NCBI GenBank assembly: GCA_963674785.1
Contig: OY771555.1
Span: 1,504,001 to 1,568,000, forward strand
From: Caldisericia bacterium
GTDB lineage: Bacteria; Caldisericota; Caldisericia; JAAYUI01
Direction: 5' to 3'
Length of the DNA stretch: 64,000 nucleotides
Positions within the stretch are counted from its first letter, which is position 1. Every line of letters starts with the position of its first letter. The notes beneath the pieces were generated by a model. That model was not told where the DNA came from, searched no databases, and saw nothing but the letters and a program-made list of their open reading frames with translations. The position numbers were made by a program, and so were the translations under genes. Below are positions 40,301 through 49,300 of the stretch, piece by piece.

Positions 40301-43300
40301 AACTTCGAACACAGGCAGATACTGCATTTTTGTTTGCACCAGATTCTGCATGTTCAACAGGAACATCAACGCCTGCATCGGTTACAATCGATCAAACAGC
40401 AAGAACAATTTCATTCCCTCTTCCTGCAGCATTCAATGCAACTCAATTTGCTCATGTTCTTATCTGTAGAGACGCTGGAATCAGAAACCCTCCAACAGTT
40501 GGTGTCAATTATCAGCTTGGAATTACTATTCAAGGAACAGCAGGTTGTTCTGGTGGTGAGGTTGAAGTAAAGGCCACTTCAGAATATTTTGCAATTACAC
40601 CTGCACCAATTGGTGGAATTATCCCACCACTCCACACAATAAACATTGGCGGTGGTTATTATTATTATGGTTATTCATCAAACCACCCAAGCAGTGTTGT
40701 CGCAATTGGACCACAGGCACTTAGAATTTATTTACCAGCAGGTCTCAAGATTCAGCAGACCCAGTCAGTTACAGTTACCTTCACAAGTGCATCAGGTCTT
40801 GTAAACACTTGTACAGAAGGTGGATATATTGCAAAAGTCAGGACATCAAAAGAAACATCATGGGTTGATAGTACTCAATATTCAATTGTTGATACCGTGC
40901 AGTTTAGTTGCGGAACATATCCTGATGTAAATCCACCATCCACATCAACTGAGGCACAGTATGATTTGAGTTTCACAGTTGGACAAACTGGTGGACTTGA
41001 AGCTGGTGTTGATACAATCACTGTTGCATTCCCAAGTTCAACAACCATGAATAGTTTTAACATGCCGGCAGGATCAATCTATGTTTCAACTCTCCCAATT
41101 ACTGGAGGGTGCCCTGCTGATTCTCCAGCAAAAGTTGTCACACTTCCTCCAACTGCCTCAGGAACGGCGGTAACATTTACTACACCAATCCATATTGGAA
41201 ACAGTCAAACGGTTTATGTCAGATTCTGCAAATCTGCAGGAATCAAAAACCCATATCAGGCTGGAAGTTATACGCTTCAAGTGAAAACATCGAAACAACC
41301 TAACTATGGTATCTCCTGTAGATATGCAATTGGAACAGCAATTTCTGACGTACAGGTTGAACCGATCCCAGCATCAGCTTGCAACGAAAATACTCAGTAT
41401 AAGCTCACATTTAAACAGGGAAGTTCGGGAGGACTTAAGGGTTCGAACGGTGACTATATAGATATTGATTTCTATCATCCAGATAACCCTGGAACTGATA
41501 TGGCTTCTATAAGCAATATCTTCACAGCTATAAATACTCCATCACCATCATCGGTCACAGTTAGTCCATACGGATATTCGTACAGTTATGGCAATAGCTA
41601 TGCTAGTGCTGTTGAATGGGTGGATACGCCACAAGGGAAGAAACTGAGGGTGTATGTACCCGCAGACTTCACCTCATCATCCTCTGGACAGATTACCGTG
41701 ATATTTGAATCAGGTGCTGGACTTGATAATACCTGCTTCCCAGCACAGTACAAAGTTAGAGTCAGCACAAGTCTTGAACAGGAAGAGGTTGATTCCTCTC
41801 CGTATTCCATTGAAGATGCTCCAAGACAGATTACAGTTGATGTCAATCCATCAACGATCTCAGAGGAAGCTGAATACACAATCAGATTCCAGGTTGGTGC
41901 AAATGGTGGCTTGACTGCAAACTCTGACACAATCACAATCGCATTCCCATCGGGTACAACTGTTCCTTATAACTCGATTTCAGCAGGCTCAATATGGATT
42001 GCGGAAGCATCAGACTTTACAAGCACTGGTTGTCCACCAACTCCTGTTGGTGGTGGGTCAGCTGTGCAGGTACAACTCCCACCAGATATTTCAGGTCAAA
42101 GTGTTACTTTCACAACACCAATGAATATTTCAAACAATGCACAGGTTGTTGTGAGATTCTGTCTTAATGCGGGAATCAAGAATCCATATACTGCTGATGC
42201 CTACAGACTTCAATTGAAGACATCCAAACAATCTGCATATGGAATATCTGAGCCATACGCAATTACATCAGCAATCTCTGATGTTAAAGTCTCGCATACA
42301 CCAAACATTATTAATGAGTGTGATGTTGAAGTAGAAGTGGAATTCAAAAATGCAAACACAAGCTTGTCGGGTGACCTTGGAGACTATGTTGATATTCAGT
42401 TCCAGGATTTTGTAAAGAATCCAGGCCCAGATTATGCATCAATCTCAAATAACTTCTCATCAAGCACCTCAATTGCAAATCTTACCGTTCATCCATTGAC
42501 ACAGCCATTTGATGCCACTGCAGTTCCATGGAATACATCAAGATGGGATATTGATTTCATGACGGGAACTGGTGGAGCGTTAACTACTGGTGACACAATT
42601 GTTCTTGATTTCCCCGCCAACTGTTCAATGACAGTTGCATCGCTTACAAACAGACTTTTCCTTTCTGATGAACAGTGGGATGAGTATTCATTCTATGCTG
42701 GTGATAACTATATCAATGCCGGTGGAGTAGCAAAACTTGCCGTTCCAGCTGCAATGATAACCGTTGTTGGAACAAGGGTAACAATTACAAACCCACCAGT
42801 TGCAGCAGGAGGAATTGATGTTGGAGATGGTGAGACTGTTTATATCAGAGTTCTCCAACAGGGAATCACAAATCCATCAACTGCCGGAGACTCATATGTT
42901 CTTCAAGGATACACAAGTACTCAGCCAACATCTGCAAACTCAAATTACTTTGGAATTTCCTCACTCAGACCAACAAGAGCTCCAGTCCCAATTATTGATA
43001 TGAACTGGGTTGGCCCTAACCCAATTCATAAACTTCCACCAAGCATACACACAAGCACTGCAGGACAGTCAGCTCAGGTGGACTTGATGCTTGAACTCAG
43101 ATCTAACTTTGATTCAACACTTCTCCCAACACCACAGCTTTCTGTTACCTTCCCAACTGGATTTGTAGTTCCATCATCTATTTCTGCAAATGACATTTGG
43201 TTATCTGTTGCAACAGCACCTGCTGGAGTCGGATATCCATTCCTCAATTGCTCAAATTATATGGGGACTCCATTTGTTGACTCAACAGCTCCAGCGGGAA

Positions 43301-46300
43301 CATTCGGTCCACTTGACAATACTCCAACTGTTTCTGGTAACACTGTAACATTTGATGTCCCAGCATTTTTTACGGCAGCAAATGCTATACCAGGTGCAAT
43401 TGTTTACATTCAGTTTAGACAATCAGCGGGAATCAGAAATCCAACAACAAATGCAACAAACACATATGCAATCGATGTCTCAGGAACTGATAACGCTGGA
43501 GTATCCGGTTCTTGTGGATCGGAGTATGTACCAGTAACACCACTTGAAAATCCAGCCTCAGCTACCTCAATAAATCCATCATCAATTACTCTCGGAACAA
43601 GCTATTCAGGAAGCTATACAACTGGATCAGTTCATCCTTCAAAGGTTGTTGCTCTTGGTGACAAATATCTGAGAATTTACTTGCCACTTGGATTTACATT
43701 CAGTGCAAACACAACTGCAAAAATCAAATTCGAAAAATCCGCAGGTCTTTGTAATACCGGAACCGCTGGAAGTTATATTGCAAAAGTTAGCACCTCAAAA
43801 GAATCAACGATGATCGAGTCGGCACCTTATTCGATTATTGCTGCTGTCACCGGTGTCAATGTTATGGTAGTTCCACCAGTCATCAATATGTATGCAAATT
43901 ATACAATCGACTTTGTTGACTCTTCATCAGGTGGATTATCAAAAGGAACTGGTACCATAACAATTGCCTTCCCAACTGAGACAGGTGTTCTGACCTCAAT
44001 TGCAGCAGGAACTGTCTATGTTGCAAAGAATGTTAACTTTGACAACAGTATCTGTCCACCGACTCACAGTGGAGTCTTTGGAACAGACTATGCACCACTT
44101 GAAGCACCACCAGTTGTTTCTGGAAAACAGGTCACACTCACAGTGCCAATCAATATCGACCCTGGTGATCATATCTACATCAGATTCTGTGAAAGCGCAA
44201 AAATCAAAAACCCTGCAACTGCGGCATACTATACGCTTCAGGTCATGACATCTGCACAACCCGACTTTGTTGTTTCAAACCCATATGCAATCAAGAGTGG
44301 ATTGAATCTACCAGAAGTTGAAGTTATTCCAAATTCAATCAGTAGATCAGGAAGCACAGCCAGACTTGCTGCAAACGCAACAGGAACAAATGTCATTGAA
44401 CTTGATACAGTCTCTGGTTGGATTGCAGGAGACCTCATTCTTGTTGGTGATGTGAGTCATCCATTTGGTGCAGGAGCCGTATTTACCAGTGTCACTTCAG
44501 TTGATACCATAAACAACACATTAACACTTTGCGACAATGTACCTGCGACATTTACAACTGGAACTGAAGTATACAGGTCAAGAACTGGAATCTTTACAGG
44601 CGCAACAAACGACCCAGCTCCTGGTAATAACTTTGTTGATGTAACCGCAGCAACAAGAGATTTGTTCCCAATCAGTTCATACGTTGCACTGATTGATTTG
44701 ACCGGTACAAATTGTCCTGAGTTGTTCCTTGTCTCATCACATATGTCCGCTACAAGACTTGGTCTCTCTAGAAATATCGTTGCTGACTTCCCTGCACCTG
44801 GAAACACAAGAGTTGAACTTGTACAGTTCCATCAACCAAATGATGGATGTTCAGGTGACACATTTGCCGAGACAAAAATCACATTCAAAACTGGTTCATC
44901 GGGAGCTCTTCTTGCAAACAGAGACAAGATATATGTTGCTCTTGAATATGCTCCATCAGTAAATGACAGGGGTTATCATATAACCGGATCATCAATTTCA
45001 TCCGGAAGTGTAATGGTTAATGATACAGTGTGTTCAGTTGCACCAACAATTGGAATTACACCAGTTGGTGGAGTGTATACACCATCACCAACTCCAACAT
45101 TTGGAAGTGATTATGTAACACTTGAAATCACCGTGCCAGAGGATATCTCGGGTGGACAAGAAGTTGTTTTAAGAATCCTTCCAAATTCTGGAATTCCAAA
45201 CCCATATGTTGCTGGAAGCTATACTCTTGCAGTTTGGACAAGTATTGAACAGTCAGCAAACGAATCTCGAACCTATGAAATAGTTGATGGTGTAGCATTC
45301 GATGTTAATGCTGTGACAGTTACTCCGCCAAGCACATCTGAGAACGCAAGCTATGTTGTTGACTTCTATACCTGTGTTTCACTTACTGAGAATTATGACA
45401 CCATCACAATCACATTCCCAGATGATACTGTTGTACCAGCGTCAATAATGCCAAATCATATCTTTATAGACGATGATCCAGTATTTGATGGAACAGTATC
45501 AGATGCGACTCCTCATCTTCAGGCACTTGCTCCGATTATTGTAGATAGCGGTGAACGTTCTATTACATTTACAACTCCTATGAGTTTCAGTGGAAACGAT
45601 AATCACGTGTATGTTAAATTTACGTATGAGGCTGGCCTGGTTAACCCGTCAGTTGCTGACTCATATAGGTTAAAAGTAAAAACAAGCAAGCAGCCAAAGG
45701 ATGTTGAAAGTCCGTATTATGAGATCAGAGATACATCTTCAAAGGCTATTGTTTTTCCAAATCCACCAACAGCAAATAGAGAAAATGTTGAATACACAAT
45801 TACATTCACACTTTCAACAGCTGGAAATCTCACAAAAGACATCAGTTGGGTAAAACTTCAGTTCCCTGATAACGATATCTACGGACTTGGTGGTGGATAC
45901 TCAACAGTTGAAGCATTACTTCCAACTTCCATTTCACCAGACAACATTACCGTCAACGGAACAAGGCTTACTGTCATCCCAACTGTTGATACAGTTGATA
46001 GAACTTTGAAGCTCATCGTTCCAGAAACGATTGAAGCCGGCGAAGAGATTGTGATTGTGATCCAGTCTGGTGCAGGTATTACAAACCCAGTTGTTGGATC
46101 ATACAGAATGGGTATTCAGACCTCAGTTGAACCCGTTTACATCGATACTGAGATTTACACCATCAAATCAGCCCTGGGTGGAACTGCCGGTTCACTTAGT
46201 CCAGAAATTTGCCTTTCCTATGACTATTCGGTTCTGACTGCAAATGAGGCTGCTGCAGCAACACCAGTTTTGAATGTTGATTCAGTTAGAAACTGGAGTG

Positions 46301-49300
46301 TCGGGGATATCGCTGTTATTGGTGATATGACAAGCACAAATATGTCAAATATTTTTGCAGCAAGAGTTGACACAATTGGTGCTGCTACAAATGTGCTCAG
46401 ATTCACAGTTCCACTTGATTTCAGTGTTCCTCTTGGTACCCCAGTATTTAGAATGAAAGAGATTCCAACAAGCGCAACACTTACTGGTCCTGGTGCCCCA
46501 GTACCAGCGGGAAGTGCTTTCATTCGAGTAACTGACCCCAGCCCATTTACTGCAGGAGACGTGATTGTATTCGGTGCTGGCTCAGGAGCAGAAGTCGTAA
46601 GAATCACAAGTATCAACGGAACAAGATTGGATGTTACCCCACCGCTTAGAAGTGCTCATGCCGTTGGTGCCGAGGTATCGATTGTTGCTTGCAATGTCGG
46701 TCTTGTAAATGCCGAAGGCTACTACATGATTCATTTTATAACTGGAGCAACAGGTAATCTAAACCAGGCCGTTTCGACAATAACTATGATATTCCCGTTT
46801 GACATGTATGTTCCTGAATCAATAGTTGCATCATCAATATCGCTCTCAATTGATGGAATCAATTTCACACAGTGTCATGATATCGATATTGATAGCGAAA
46901 ATCGAAAAATAACTCTTACGGTTCCGACATCAGTTCCATCAAACCATGATGCCTATATCAGGATAACAAATAAATCCGGAATCAGGAATCCATCTGTTCC
47001 GGGTAGTGTTTATAGGATGCAGCTTGCAACTTCCTCAGAACCGGATTTTGTTGATACAAGATCGTTTGTGATTGAAGGAGCAGGTGCTCCAACCGTTACT
47101 GTTAATCCATGTACCGCTGGTGAGGTTGGTGCGATCCATATTATTGAATTCTATATTACAAATTCGATACCACAGGGTGAGACCATCACAATTACATTCC
47201 CTGCTGACTACATGATGCCATCTGTTGTCAGACAAGAGAATGTCAAAGTTAATGGTACACAGGTCAGAGCTCCTCTTATTGGACCAACCGCAGACAATGA
47301 AATTGTAATTACCGCACCAAAAGATCTTCCATCATCTGGTAAGGTGACAGTTGAATTCCTTGAAGAATTCAAGCTTAAAAATCCTCCAACACCTGGTCAT
47401 TATAGACTTAAGATTAGAACAAGCATTGAACCAGATAACCTTGATGTTGATTCGAACAACTATTACATCTGTCCTGAGGTGCAGCTTTCTAGTCTGGTTC
47501 TTATTCCCTCATCTTTATCTCTAGGGATAAATCAAACAGGTCAGGTTCAGGCACAAGCTAAAGATGAGAATGGTGACAATATCTCTTACAATGTCGACTA
47601 CTCATGGCAGACCGACATTGGTGTTTTGTCTGGAATCACTGGAGACAGTGTTTCACTTACAGCTCCCGGTTCAGCAGGTTCAGGTATTTTGAAATGTGAA
47701 GCAAAGTACAATGGTCAAACTTTGTCTGCTCAGTGTGCAGTAACCATAACACCTCCCCTTGGGAGCGTTGTAATTACTCCCTCTACACCAAAATCTCTTG
47801 GGTTTGGTGTAACGCAAACTTATGTTGCAACAGCAAAAGATACCTCAGGTAACACAATGACTGGTGCAGCATTTGCGTGGTCTGTTACTGGTGGTATCGG
47901 CTCGCTTAGTCCAATATCTGGTAATACAACGACTTTGACAACTGGATCAACTGCTACATCTGGAACAGTTGTTTGTACTGCATCTTATGGTGGTGACACA
48001 AAATCAACCTCTGCAACTGTAAGCGTTCAGTCCAGTGGTGGGGGTGGCACTGACCCAGGTACCGATCCTGGCACAGATCCTACCTATATTGTCTCTGCTA
48101 CTGTAACACCAACTACTCATACGATAACCAGTAACCTCAGTGCTTTAACATTCCAAATAACAGCTTTGGATGACCTATCTGGTGGTCAGATAAGACTTTC
48201 AGTTCCATCTGGTTGGAGTTTCCCAAACTCTAACAACATGAGTGTGAGTGCTCCAGCGGGTGTTGTTGTTGGTACACCACAGTATTCCTCTTCAATCCTT
48301 ATTCTTCCAATTACAACTATGCCTAAAGGCAAAGCAATAAGTGTACAGTACCTTGCTCCAAATTATCCAACATCAGCCGGTGTACACACATTTAGTGTTT
48401 ATGCAAACAAAAACGGTGAAGCAACACAGGCTGCCGTCAGACAGCCAACGGTTACACTTATCGATTCGGGTGGCGGGACAACTACCAATGCCTCTGGAAC
48501 TGGTAAGTGCACAGTTGCTCCAACAATTGCATCATCAGGTGCACTCGGTGCAAAGTTTACTTTCACATTTGTTGCCGAAGTGGACATGTCTGATGGTGAG
48601 GTTCAGATTTATATACCAACAGATTGGACAGCACCAACTATGTCTCCAGGTGCAAAAGGATTTATCCAAATAAAGAATGCGACAGGAGAGGTAACCTTGT
48701 TGCAGGTTCTTCCTGGTGGAATCATTTCGCTTAATCTCGGAACCTTCCTTAAACACAACCAGGTTTCTGTAGAATACACAAATGTTGATGTTCCAGCAGA
48801 AGAGAAAACATATACATTTAATGTGAAAACTGCAGGTGTTAGTGGGGAGCTTAAAAACATCGCTGTTCCACCATCTGTTACCCTTGAAAGAACTAGGGTT
48901 ACTGCTGTCACATGCACACCAAAACCAAACTCTGCTGGTGGTGTAGCAAGCTATCAAATCACGTTCAGAACATCGGATGCTGGAACGCTTACAAAGGATC
49001 AATCGTTGGTTGTAATCAACTTCCCATCAGACACTGAGCTTCCAGGAAGTATAGCTCCATCATCAATAACTGTTCAGAAAGTCCCACTTATTGCACCACC
49101 ATCTATCAATCCTACAACACGTGATATTGAATTTACAGTTCCGACAGATGTTCCACCAAATACAACCGTTGCTGTAACATTTGAAACAACTGCTGGAATC
49201 ATCAACCCAACGAGTCCAAAAAACACTTACAAGATTACTGTTAAAACCTCATCTGATGCGACACCAGTTCCATCAAGTAACTATGCAATTGAAGCATCTA

